Virus record (IMG/VR): IMGVR_UViG_3300028676_000003
Span: 304,550 to 368,549 of that record
Strand: one strand, 5' to 3'
Length of the DNA: 64,000 nt
Within the stretch, counting starts at the first letter, position 1, and each line of letters starts with the position of its first letter. Below the pieces are notes generated by a model. It ran no database searches, was not told the origin of the DNA, and saw only the letters and a program-made list of their open reading frames with translations. This document shows, in pieces, positions 54,924 through 63,028 of this stretch. The position numbers and the translations under genes were made by a program.

Positions 54924-55098
54924 ATACATCTATTTTATGTGTGTTGGGAATTTTTGAATATACTGTAGTCCACATATCTTTTATTTTATATCTAACTAAT
55001 ACATGAATGATTTTATTGACTTCAACCCTAACTTCTTTACAAACAACGTTATCAACAGCGTCTGAGAAATCATCATATAATTCTTTACCTAAATCCAT
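54922..55098 (-). CDS. MxLG-family micro-protein (MDLGK)
   Basis: ATG at 55098 with its own promoter. Confidence 0.6.
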   Translation of the reverse strand: MDLGKELYDDFSDAVDNVVCKEVRVEVNKIIHVLVRYKIKDMWTTVYSKIPNTHKIDV

Positions 55099-55116
55099 AT
55101 TAATAAGTTTAAGTTG

Positions 55117-55124
55117 CAAAGGTA
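55117..55124 (-). promoter_or_regulatory. Bacteroidota -7 box TACCTTTG (minus strand)
   Basis: divergent from the trpS promoter. Confidence 0.7.
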
Positions 55125-55180
55125 CTACTTTATTTTGGAAATAAAAACTAAAAAGGTTTTTTTATTCGAAAAAGTTTTCA

Positions 55181-55188
55181 TACCTTTG
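55181..55188 (+). promoter_or_regulatory. Bacteroidota -7 box TACCTTTG
   Basis: upstream of trpS. Confidence 0.65.
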
Positions 55189-55211
55189 TTGTCTAATTAA
55201 TATAAAACGAT

Positions 55212-56186
55212 ATGGCAAAGATACTTACTGGTATTCAAAGTACTGGAACACCACACTTAGGCAATCTATTAGGTGCTATTATTCCCGCTATTGAACTATC
55301 GAATAACCCTGATAATGAATCTTATTTATTCATTGCTGATTTACACTCAGTTACACAAATTAAAGATGGTGAAACCCTTAGAGAAAATACCTTTAGTACT
55401 GCCTGTGCTTGGTTAGCTTGTGGTTTGGACCCAAATAATGTTACCTTTTACAGACAATCAGATGTTCCTCAAACTACTGAACTAAATTGGTATTTGAATT
55501 GTTTCTTTCCATATCAACGATTAAGACTAGCTCATTCATTTAAAGACAAATCTGATAGGCTTGAAGATGTTAACGCTGGATTATTCACATATCCAATGCT
55601 TATGTCAGCTGATATCCTTTTATATGATGCTGAGATTGTTCCTGTTGGTAAGGACCAATTACAACATTTAGAGTTTACACGTGATGTAGCTACCAAGTTT
55701 AACCATCAAATGGGTGAAACTTTTGTTATACCTAGACCTAATGTTCAAGGAGAGACACAGACAATCATAGGTATAAATGGTTCTAAAATGAGTAAATCAG
55801 CCAACAATACTATCAACATATTCGCCAGTGATAAGGATTTATATAAACAAATCATGAGTATTGAAACTGATAGTACACCACTTGAAGAACCTAAGAACCC
55901 TGATACTTGTAATGTATTTAAATTATGCTCATACCTTGCAAGTGAGGAAGAACTTGAATCGCTTAGATTCAAATATTTAGCAGGTGATTATGGTTATGGG
56001 CATGCAAAAAAATATTTATACATTCTTATACTTATGAAATTTGAATCAGAAAGAGAAAAGTATAATTATTATATCAATAATCCTGATGTTGTTAATAATT
56101 TGTTATTAGAAGGAGCTGAAAAAGCTAAGCTAGTTGCCAATACTACACTAGGAAGAGTTAGAGAAAAATTAGGTTTTAACAAATAA
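55212..56186 (+). CDS. trpS: tryptophanyl-tRNA synthetase
   Basis: TGIQSTG.PHLGN (HIGH), YPMLM.ADIL, VPVGKDQ.QH.E, KMSKS. Confidence 0.96.
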   Translation: MAKILTGIQSTGTPHLGNLLGAIIPAIELSNNPDNESYLFIADLHSVTQIKDGETLRENTFSTACAWLACGLDPNNVTFYRQSDVPQTTELNWYLNCFFPYQRLRLAHSFKDKSDRLEDVNAGLFTYPMLMSADILLYDAEIVPVGKDQLQHLEFTRDVATKFNHQMGETFVIPRPNVQGETQTIIGINGSKMSKSANNTINIFASDKDLYKQIMSIETDSTPLEEPKNPDTCNVFKLCSYLASEEELESLRFKYLAGDYGYGHAKKYLYILILMKFESEREKYNYYINNPDVVNNLLLEGAEKAKLVANTTLGRVREKLGFNK

Positions 56187-56193
56187 TAAAAAC

Positions 56194-56403
56194 ATGAAAA
56201 AAGTAACAATAGCATTTTATTTATTAGCAGTATTATCATTCTTTGTATCAGTATTCTTTGCTGTTCTTGATAATGATAAGTACTCACTAATTGCATTAGG
56301 TGCATCTATCCTATTAGGTGGAATTAGCACCATTCTTACAAGTATATTCAAGTTGAATAAGATTGTAACCATAATCCGAAATCAAGATGAAAAATCAAAG
56401 TAA
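56194..56403 (+). CDS. small membrane protein
   Basis: 2 TM segments. Confidence 0.65.
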   Translation: MKKVTIAFYLLAVLSFFVSVFFAVLDNDKYSLIALGASILLGGISTILTSIFKLNKIVTIIRNQDEKSK

Positions 56404-56593
56404 TACACTAGAGAGACAAAGAAAACTCTATCGGGTCCTGACACTTATATTATGTATTCAGTTCTTTGTCTTTTTCACTTTAGGGTGCTTAACCAACAAT
56501 GATGTGTTTTTATACATTAGCTTTGCAGTAACCTTTGTTATTGCTGTCTTTATCGGAATCATTCACTTAACAACCAAATACGATGAAATCTAA
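56387..56593 (+). CDS. small membrane protein
   Basis: 2 TM segments. Confidence 0.65.
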   Translation: MKNQSNTLERQRKLYRVLTLILCIQFFVFFTLGCLTNNDVFLYISFAVTFVIAVFIGIIHLTTKYDEI

Positions 56594-56912
56594 CAAAATA
56601 ACTCCATCAATGATACTTCTTACTGACTCATATAAAGTGAGTCATTATATGTTCCATGAGCCTAAAATTGAAACAGAAATTACTGTTGAAGCTCGACAGA
56701 CCATAGAAGAACTTAGTGAACGTTTTCAACAAGAAGCTCAAAGACGAATGGGTTTCATTCATTTTACTGATGAACAGATTTTTGCTAATCTAACAGAAAG
56801 ACCCTTGATGATTATTCCTGATTTAGGACAAATTCATGATAAGATGGAAGAGTCCAAAGGACCAGGTTTAACTGGCCTTGACGAGCTTTTAGACTTTCTT
56901 GACGGTAGATAA
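56583..56912 (+). CDS. protein starting with NAMPT N-terminal motif
   Basis: ILLTDSYKVSHY, then unrelated sequence. Confidence 0.55.
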   Translation: MKSNKITPSMILLTDSYKVSHYMFHEPKIETEITVEARQTIEELSERFQQEAQRRMGFIHFTDEQIFANLTERPLMIIPDLGQIHDKMEESKGPGLTGLDELLDFLDGR

Positions 56913-56969
56913 GTGAAAAAAATTCCTGGATTTTAACAGAAAATGTTTGGTGGTTTCATTTATTCTTTT

Positions 56970-56977
56970 TACCTTTG
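56970..56977 (+). promoter_or_regulatory. Bacteroidota -7 box TACCTTTG
   Basis: TTTGG upstream. Confidence 0.75.
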
Positions 56978-57005
56978 TACTATAATAATTCTAAAACATT
57001 TAATT

Positions 57006-57392
57006 ATGGTAGTAAATATTAATGATGTAACTCTTACTAACGAGTTACTTGAAAAACATGAAGTAACTCTAAGTAGTGGTGCTTCATTAAAGAGTATTCG
57101 TAATAAGTTTTATGATAAGTATACACTAATTGATTTTAGTGGTGTTGACCCAAGCAAGATTGACCTTACTGGACTTGATAAAAGACTAGTTCAAAATATT
57201 ATTAACAATGGATTAGATAAGATTGACAATCGTGAATTCTTCGGAATGGTTTTTAAGTATATTGAATATCCTAACGAAGAACTTTTATGGAACTACCTAG
57301 TTGATTGTCATTTGATTTCAGATAGTGTTTACCAAAACAACACTTATGATGAAAACTTAGATATCTTATTTAAAAACCGTAAAAAAGACTAA
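57006..57392 (+). CDS. hypothetical protein
   Basis: ATG 57006 behind promoter. Confidence 0.65.
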   Translation: MVVNINDVTLTNELLEKHEVTLSSGASLKSIRNKFYDKYTLIDFSGVDPSKIDLTGLDKRLVQNIINNGLDKIDNREFFGMVFKYIEYPNEELLWNYLVDCHLISDSVYQNNTYDENLDILFKNRKKD

Positions 57393-57394
57393 TT

Positions 57395-57598
57395 ATGGCA
57401 AATCATACAATTGAATTGAACTTTCTGATTGATTATCAATCAACAGAAAAAGTCTTATATGCCAGTTCTTCAACTGAAAAGAAAAAGCTTTATATTACTC
57501 TTAGAGGTAGTTATGAGGTTTGGCATAAAGGAGAATTGATTTTAGAAACAATACAACCTTTTATGGCCGTTGAAAAATATAACGAAATAGAAAAGTAA
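57395..57598 (+). CDS. hypothetical protein
   Basis: ORF. Confidence 0.6.
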   Translation: MANHTIELNFLIDYQSTEKVLYASSSTEKKKLYITLRGSYEVWHKGELILETIQPFMAVEKYNEIEK

Positions 57599-57599
57599 C

Positions 57600-58346
57600 A
57601 TGGGAACAGTAGTAGAAAAGATTCACGATTTAGAATACGACGAATTAACAACTCTTGGAGTTGTTGAACAAGATGCTGATTTAACAGCAGTCTTTAGAAC
57701 TGAAATCGGAATGCCTTTTAGCGTTCTTTATACAATACAAAAGAAAGGTCAATTCAACGATGAAACCAAGGAAATCCTAAGACTTATCTTTGAAAAAATC
57801 ATTCTTACAAAACAAGACCTTATCAACAAATACATCAAACTTGGCGGTTTCGAACCAATTCCAAGCAAGGAAGTTGACGAGCAGTTGCTTGAAGGTTTCG
57901 ATGATGCTGTAGAAGAAGTAGAAGAAGTTCTTCAAGAAGAGAAAGTTGTGGAATATAAGAATCCATCAAGTGAAATGGTAAAGGATGCTGAGAAACCAGT
58001 AATGGTTAAATTCAAGGTAACCAAATCAACACCAAAACAGCCTTCTAAAGCAAAAACTACACCAAAGGTAGAGGAAGATATCAAAATAGAAATTCCTCGC
58101 AGATACGGTAAGAAAAACATCCTTGCTGATATCGAAGCACAAGGTGGAAAACCTACGCTATGTCAAACTGCGTTATTGCAGTTGAATGACCTTAAAAATA
58201 TCGTTGTTATCTTAAATAATAAAGGTATCAAAGACATTCACACTAAAGATAAGGACCTATTGACTAGTGAAGAGTATAGAGAAATAATCGGAACAATCAA
58301 ACTTCTGAAAAGAAGACTTGACCCAATAATCAAAAAACGAGTATGA
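57600..58346 (+). CDS. hypothetical protein
   Basis: 248-aa ORF. Confidence 0.7.
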   Translation: MGTVVEKIHDLEYDELTTLGVVEQDADLTAVFRTEIGMPFSVLYTIQKKGQFNDETKEILRLIFEKIILTKQDLINKYIKLGGFEPIPSKEVDEQLLEGFDDAVEEVEEVLQEEKVVEYKNPSSEMVKDAEKPVMVKFKVTKSTPKQPSKAKTTPKVEEDIKIEIPRRYGKKNILADIEAQGGKPTLCQTALLQLNDLKNIVVILNNKGIKDIHTKDKDLLTSEEYREIIGTIKLLKRRLDPIIKKRV

Positions 58347-58498
58347 TGGAAAACATGATGAAGTTTAGAATGTACCTTTTAGGTATCATTTGTGGTGTAT
58401 GTTTGCCAAGTGTAATACGTGGAAACTATGGTTATCCATTGGGTATCTTGATTCTGACACTTATTGTTGTAATCCTTAATTTTAAATCAGAAGACTAA
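58343..58498 (+). CDS. 51-aa membrane peptide (not in track)
   Basis: coupled; two hydrophobic segments. Confidence 0.5.
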   Translation: MMENMMKFRMYLLGIICGVCLPSVIRGNYGYPLGILILTLIVVILNFKSED

Positions 58499-58617
58499 TG
58501 GAGTATTTCGCAATACCACTAGCAATTCTTGCACTATTTGTAGGTCTTGCCTTATTGTTACATGGGTTTCCAAGTATCAAAATCACAAAAAAATATTATA
58601 ACAAAGATAAAAAGTAA
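58498..58617 (+). CDS. 39-aa membrane peptide (not in track)
   Basis: MEYFAIPLAILALFVGLALLLHGFP...; TAATG-coupled. Confidence 0.5.
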   Translation: MEYFAIPLAILALFVGLALLLHGFPSIKITKKYYNKDKK

Positions 58618-58620
58618 ATT

Positions 58621-58833
58621 ATGAAAACAGCTGACGGTTACGTTGTAGATGGATTTAGAAGATTACCTAATCCAAAATTTAATGTTAATGGTGAACAAAT
58701 TTTTGAAGGAACAATTATCGATGTTCCAATGAAGGACGGGTCCGTTGTGGACCAATACACGACTTGGGATAAATATGGTCGATGCGCTTCGCATGACCGA
58801 GTAGACTGCTACGTTGATGTATCAGGACTCTAA
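58621..58833 (+). CDS. hypothetical protein
   Basis: ORF. Confidence 0.6.
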   Translation: MKTADGYVVDGFRRLPNPKFNVNGEQIFEGTIIDVPMKDGSVVDQYTTWDKYGRCASHDRVDCYVDVSGL

Positions 58834-58838
58834 AACGT

Positions 58839-58875
58839 AAAATCCATATAATCATTAGGTTATATGGATTTTTTT
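58839..58875 (+). terminator. intrinsic terminator overlapping promoter
   Basis: AAAATCCATATA/TATATGGATTTT. Confidence 0.75.
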
Positions 58876-58878
58876 ATT

Positions 58879-58886
58879 TACCTTTG
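58879..58886 (+). promoter_or_regulatory. Bacteroidota -7 box TACCTTTG
   Basis: consensus match. Confidence 0.6.
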
Positions 58887-58908
58887 TTGCAATATAAAAA
58901 TATTGATT

Positions 58909-59109
58909 ATGAAACAAGATTTATTCCTTTGGTTAATAATGGTAGTTCTTATGCATGTCTATAGATTTGCTGAACTATGTCAGTATACTGATATTAAAAC
59001 ATTTAAGGATTATGTAAACTTAAATGGTAAAACAGTATTCTACCTAATCGTAGCAACTCAAATACTTGCGTTCGCTGGATTTGAACTATTAAAAACAACA
59101 TCTAAATAA
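58909..59109 (+). CDS. small membrane protein
   Basis: ATG 58909; 2 TM segments. Confidence 0.6.
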   Translation: MKQDLFLWLIMVVLMHVYRFAELCQYTDIKTFKDYVNLNGKTVFYLIVATQILAFAGFELLKTTSK

Positions 59110-59115
59110 AATAAT

Positions 59116-59439
59116 ATGGATAAATTAACAAACTTAGAAAAGGTAAACGCTTATACTGTAAACATATCAGTTGATGAATATGATTGTAAAGATACTGGCC
59201 TATATAACACCCACGCTATTGCTACTGAAAAAGCTAAACGTGCAGGTTGGTATGGAAGTGACGGAACTGTTAAGCAACTAGAGAATATCTACGTTGATGA
59301 TGAAGGGATTCTTTATAGTGTTAACAAGCTAGGAATGTTTACTGACGTAAAAGAAGCCAAAGATAAGGAGCTTCTTGAATCTATTCAATCCAAGCTAACC
59401 CCTGAAGAATTGGAGTTTGCGAAAAAAGTTTTAAAATAA
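59116..59439 (+). CDS. phage hypothetical protein
   Basis: GWYGSDG; KLTPEE. Confidence 0.65.
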   Translation: MDKLTNLEKVNAYTVNISVDEYDCKDTGLYNTHAIATEKAKRAGWYGSDGTVKQLENIYVDDEGILYSVNKLGMFTDVKEAKDKELLESIQSKLTPEELEFAKKVLK

Positions 59440-59474
59440 TTCCAGGAAAACTTGCAGGAACCAGGATTTATCCC

Positions 59475-59482
59475 TACCTTTG
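59475..59482 (+). promoter_or_regulatory. Bacteroidota -7 box TACCTTTG
   Basis: CTTGCA upstream. Confidence 0.78.
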
Positions 59483-59506
59483 TACTATCAAATTAAAACA
59501 AGTATT

Positions 59507-59794
59507 ATGAAAAACTTATATATTACAAAACAGAGATTCTTAGAGTGGTATTACGAAGATGGTGAAGGTACTACTGAATATGAGTCACTACGTCTTGAAT
59601 TAGCTGAAAAGGTAATTGAAAGACTTAAAGAAGGGAATTCGGCTACCATAACAACAGAAGAAATCTTCAACGATATGTGTAACCAAAAAGCAATAAGACT
59701 TTATTTTTGTGTTGGTTACGATGAAGATACTGACAGAAACGATTTTGAATTGCAAGATTGTGGGTTTGAATATACATTAACTTTAATTGACTAA
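59507..59794 (+). CDS. hypothetical protein
   Basis: ATG 59507. Confidence 0.65.
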   Translation: MKNLYITKQRFLEWYYEDGEGTTEYESLRLELAEKVIERLKEGNSATITTEEIFNDMCNQKAIRLYFCVGYDEDTDRNDFELQDCGFEYTLTLID

Positions 59795-59797
59795 ATC

Positions 59798-60328
59798 ATG
59801 GAAAATACTAGACAAATAGAAATCGCAGATTTAACTAACTTACTTTTACAACGTGACGTGGTATTTGCTGAGAATAAAAGCAGATTGGACTACGGAATGA
59901 TTGGGTTAGTAACCAACAAAAAAGGTACTGCCTTGGTAATCTATCAAAAAACATTTTATGTATACGATAGTAACTTTGCCTTGAATCCTGATGCTTTAAG
60001 AATGATTAGTCTTATTCAAAGCCTTTTCAAAGAAATCACTAGAGACGAAAAGAATCGTCCAACACCAGTAATAATTGGTAGTTATGATACATCAACACCA
60101 TACTTAGACATTTATGCCAGTGTTGATGCTGAGACTTACGGAAAGAGTATTGGTGATATTATGTCCTATTCAGTTGATGGTGTTAATCATTCAGATAATG
60201 AACACCGTATGACTGATGAAGATGATTACAATGTCAACATTAGAATCTTAAAAAGAGACTTTGAAGAATTTGTTAAATACACAAATTTTTGTGACACTAA
60301 ATCAGTAATTTTCGATAAAGAAAACTAA
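59798..60328 (+). CDS. hypothetical protein
   Basis: ORF. Confidence 0.65.
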   Translation: MENTRQIEIADLTNLLLQRDVVFAENKSRLDYGMIGLVTNKKGTALVIYQKTFYVYDSNFALNPDALRMISLIQSLFKEITRDEKNRPTPVIIGSYDTSTPYLDIYASVDAETYGKSIGDIMSYSVDGVNHSDNEHRMTDEDDYNVNIRILKRDFEEFVKYTNFCDTKSVIFDKEN

Positions 60329-60338
60329 ATAAAACAAT

Positions 60339-60755
60339 ATGAATGATGCCTTAATAAAATTAGCAGAATATCTAAAGACTGATGAAGGTAAAGCTTCAAC
60401 AAAAGCCTATGGAGAAAAGCTTAAGCGTGAATACGATAACAAACAGAAATGGATTAACAAGTTCAAAGCGTATTTTGAAACGCTTAGCGACGACGAATTC
60501 AATGCGTTTATCGACCGTTTTGCAGTTTGGGATAAGAAGATAACCGATTACTATTACGATGTTAAGCATTGTGAAACCAATACAAGACTATTCTATATTC
60601 TTTTCAAGCTTGCTGAGGAACATGGAACTGAGAATGACGAACAAGGAGACTTCTTGGCAGGTTCATTCAAATACCGAACAGTTGACTTCAAATTGTATTG
60701 TGGTCAAGGTTGTTACTACACGTTAACTCGTGATGGAAAAAGTGTCTATAAATAA
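60339..60755 (+). CDS. hypothetical protein
   Basis: ORF; CGQG. Confidence 0.65.
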   Translation: MNDALIKLAEYLKTDEGKASTKAYGEKLKREYDNKQKWINKFKAYFETLSDDEFNAFIDRFAVWDKKITDYYYDVKHCETNTRLFYILFKLAEEHGTENDEQGDFLAGSFKYRTVDFKLYCGQGCYYTLTRDGKSVYK

Positions 60756-60790
60756 ATGTTAAATAACTTGCAAGGTCCAGGTTTTCTACC

Positions 60791-60798
60791 TACCTTTG
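60791..60798 (+). promoter_or_regulatory. Bacteroidota -7 box TACCTTTG
   Basis: CTTGCA upstream. Confidence 0.78.
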
Positions 60799-60818
60799 TA
60801 CTCTAAATAAAATATATC

Positions 60819-61076
60819 ATGCAAAACTTTGAACACATATCAAAAGAAAGAAAAGGTGTTAGACTTACAGTAACACCAACAAGGATTACTCTTAAGACAC
60901 CAATTGAGTTTACCCAAGCTGAGGTTGAACAAGCTAAGAAAATAGCGTTGAATGTCGCTGAAAAGATGGGTAGCATTACTCAATCATGGAGAGGTGAACT
61001 TCAAGCTTCTAGTGTACGTTTACACACTGATGCTAAGGGTAAAAATAGAAGATATCAAACAATAAGATTCGAATAA
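60819..61076 (+). CDS. hypothetical protein
   Basis: ORF behind promoter. Confidence 0.65.
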   Translation: MQNFEHISKERKGVRLTVTPTRITLKTPIEFTQAEVEQAKKIALNVAEKMGSITQSWRGELQASSVRLHTDAKGKNRRYQTIRFE

Positions 61077-61423
61077 TGAATAAAGTACAGATGATTGAGC
61101 TTTTGAAATTCAGAGGAATTACGGAGCTAAATAAAGGAGAAAGCGTTGCTGACGCTATTGCTCGTTCAGGCGGTGAGCCAACTCTACAAGAAATGGTTAT
61201 TGCTAATGAGAACGCAATGAAGTTCTACATTGGAAAATATCAAGTTGAAGAGAACTTGGGGAGACACCTGGCCTCTTCGTTGGAGATTGCAAATGCTAGA
61301 ATTGAGAAATTGGAAGACGATAATCTATTCTTACAATGCTTAAGAGAAGCAGGTGTTGACAATTGGAGTGGATATTCTCACGCACAAGACCTTAAGGATG
61401 AATATGATAGCTCAGAAGAATAA
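61076..61423 (+). CDS. phage hypothetical protein
   Basis: L.EAGVDNW.GY motif. Confidence 0.7.
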   Translation: MNKVQMIELLKFRGITELNKGESVADAIARSGGEPTLQEMVIANENAMKFYIGKYQVEENLGRHLASSLEIANARIEKLEDDNLFLQCLREAGVDNWSGYSHAQDLKDEYDSSEE

Positions 61424-61464
61424 AAAACTTTATTTATTTACTTGCAAATGTCGAAAAAAATCCG

Positions 61465-61472
61465 TACCTTTG
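61465..61472 (+). promoter_or_regulatory. Bacteroidota -7 box TACCTTTG
   Basis: CTTGCA at 61441. Confidence 0.78.
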
Positions 61473-61541
61473 TATATAATATAAAATTAATAATATTAAA
61501 AAATAATTTATAATATATTTGTTTATTATAATAAAATATAT

Positions 61542-61549
61542 TATCTTTG
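61542..61549 (+). promoter_or_regulatory. second tandem -7 box TATCTTTG
   Basis: TTTG upstream. Confidence 0.65.
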
Positions 61550-61573
61550 TACTTTAATTTAACAACAAATATT

Positions 61574-61885
61574 ATGAAAACTACTTCAAGAAAATTATAT
61601 ACAGTGAGCGGGTTATACTCTATACTCAACCATGCGAAAACGCTAGAGTTACTTTGTGAGTTAACAGATATCAACTACGAACTTGAATTAGTTAAAAGAA
61701 AGTTGATGTATGAGTTCAAAGAAAATGATGTTCAAGCTCAACAACTAATTGATGATGTTGAATTAAAACAATACTACGTTGGTAAAAACATCGAAACTGC
61801 AAAAGATGTTCTATTAATCCACGAATCAAAGCTTATTCAACGCAGAGTATGTTTCGGTTTAAATGTTGAAATTCCATTGAACTAA
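61574..61885 (+). CDS. hypothetical protein
   Basis: ATG 61574. Confidence 0.65.
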   Translation: MKTTSRKLYTVSGLYSILNHAKTLELLCELTDINYELELVKRKLMYEFKENDVQAQQLIDDVELKQYYVGKNIETAKDVLLIHESKLIQRRVCFGLNVEIPLN

Positions 61886-62193
61886 TGGAAGACTCAACTA
61901 AAATAAAAGTTAAGGATTTTTGGTCCTGTGAATCATGTAATATCAACTCCAATACTAAAGGTAGAATGATACCTTGTCCTAGAGGCGGGTGTGATGCTGA
62001 GGTAGCAGGACAGATAACCATAACAACAGAACTTAAGTTGTTCGAGGTTCCTAAAAAGGAAGTTACACCTGAATCAATGCTTCAAGACATTATGAAAATA
62101 ACAGGTTTAACCCGTGAAGAAGCATTTGAAAAAACAATTGAAATGGGTAAGTTGCTAGATGCAATGAAGGATATGGACTCTAACTCTATTTAA
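61885..62193 (+). CDS. Zn-ribbon protein
   Basis: CESC...CPRGGC. Confidence 0.65.
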   Translation: MEDSTKIKVKDFWSCESCNINSNTKGRMIPCPRGGCDAEVAGQITITTELKLFEVPKKEVTPESMLQDIMKITGLTREEAFEKTIEMGKLLDAMKDMDSNSI

Positions 62194-62204
62194 AATAATA
62201 AATT

Positions 62205-62489
62205 ATGGAACAGCACGTAGAAAATAAAAACGAGGTAGAAATTGCAATTTCTTTGATAACTACAATAATTAATTCAGCAACTAAATTAGATAGTATGTTG
62301 TCAGATAGCTTAAAATTAGCTGTTGACCACCACAACAAAAACACTAGTGATACTGAATTTAAAACACCACATTTAGAATCAAACAAAGACTTGCAAAAAG
62401 CATTAGGTGAATTATTTAACAATGCAAGTTTAAAACATATTGTTGTTGCAGGTATTAAATATTCAGGTATCGATAAAATAGAAATTTAA
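62205..62489 (+). CDS. hypothetical protein
   Basis: ORF. Confidence 0.6.
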   Translation: MEQHVENKNEVEIAISLITTIINSATKLDSMLSDSLKLAVDHHNKNTSDTEFKTPHLESNKDLQKALGELFNNASLKHIVVAGIKYSGIDKIEI

Positions 62490-62492
62490 AAA

Positions 62493-62732
62493 CTATTTAA
62501 AGTAAGGTTTAAGGACCAATTCTAAAGCATTATGCAAGTTATCTTCAAGGAGCTTAGCTTCTTTTTCATCAAGGTTTAAATCAAAAGGAATCTCAACGGT
62601 AATTGAAACCTTATTATCACTTATTTTCGTATCATAGATAGCACCATCAGTTTGACACTCAGTCTTTACTGCTTCGTTGACTACTTTAAAGTTCTTAAAC
62701 ATATCTATGTGTTCTCTAATTGAATTTCTCAT
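62493..62732 (-). CDS. hypothetical protein
   Basis: fills gap; own TATTTATA motif. Confidence 0.65.
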   Translation of the reverse strand: MRNSIREHIDMFKNFKVVNEAVKTECQTDGAIYDTKISDNKVSITVEIPFDLNLDEKEAKLLEDNLHNALELVLKPYFK

Positions 62733-62743
62733 ATCTTTTTAAT

Positions 62744-62751
62744 TATAAATA
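62744..62751 (-). promoter_or_regulatory. putative second-class promoter TATTTATA
   Basis: 11 nt upstream of ATG 62732. Confidence 0.4.
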
Positions 62752-62760
62752 TCAAACATT

Positions 62761-62943
62761 ATGACAAAATTACAAGCGTATGCCTCATTAGTATTAGTTT
62801 TATTCGGTGGATTCAATATTGGCCTTAAGGTAGCTATGTTACATTATGGTGACCATGTAGAGCCGTTCAGTTGGGTATTAGCTATCACATTTACAGCGTT
62901 ATTTTGTGTTGTTGCGGTAGAGAATATTAAAAAATTAAAATAA
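62761..62943 (+). CDS. small membrane protein
   Basis: 2 TM segments. Confidence 0.6.
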   Translation: MTKLQAYASLVLVLFGGFNIGLKVAMLHYGDHVEPFSWVLAITFTALFCVVAVENIKKLK

Positions 62944-62989
62944 ATTGAAAAAACCTGGTCTAAAATTTGGTAGATTAGAATATATGTGT

Positions 62990-62997
62990 TACCTTTG
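62990..62997 (+). promoter_or_regulatory. Bacteroidota -7 box TACCTTTG
   Basis: AAAATTTGGTAGATTA upstream. Confidence 0.78.
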
Positions 62998-63028
62998 TAC
63001 TATCAAATAATCTAAAACACATTTCAAG

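Noticed and set aside
3191-61573. Track start codons at 3191, 12373, 14641, 23468, 34179, 35723, 41608, 56943, 58864, 59480, 61547
   Set aside because: They fall inside promoters or upstream genes; downstream ATGs fit better.
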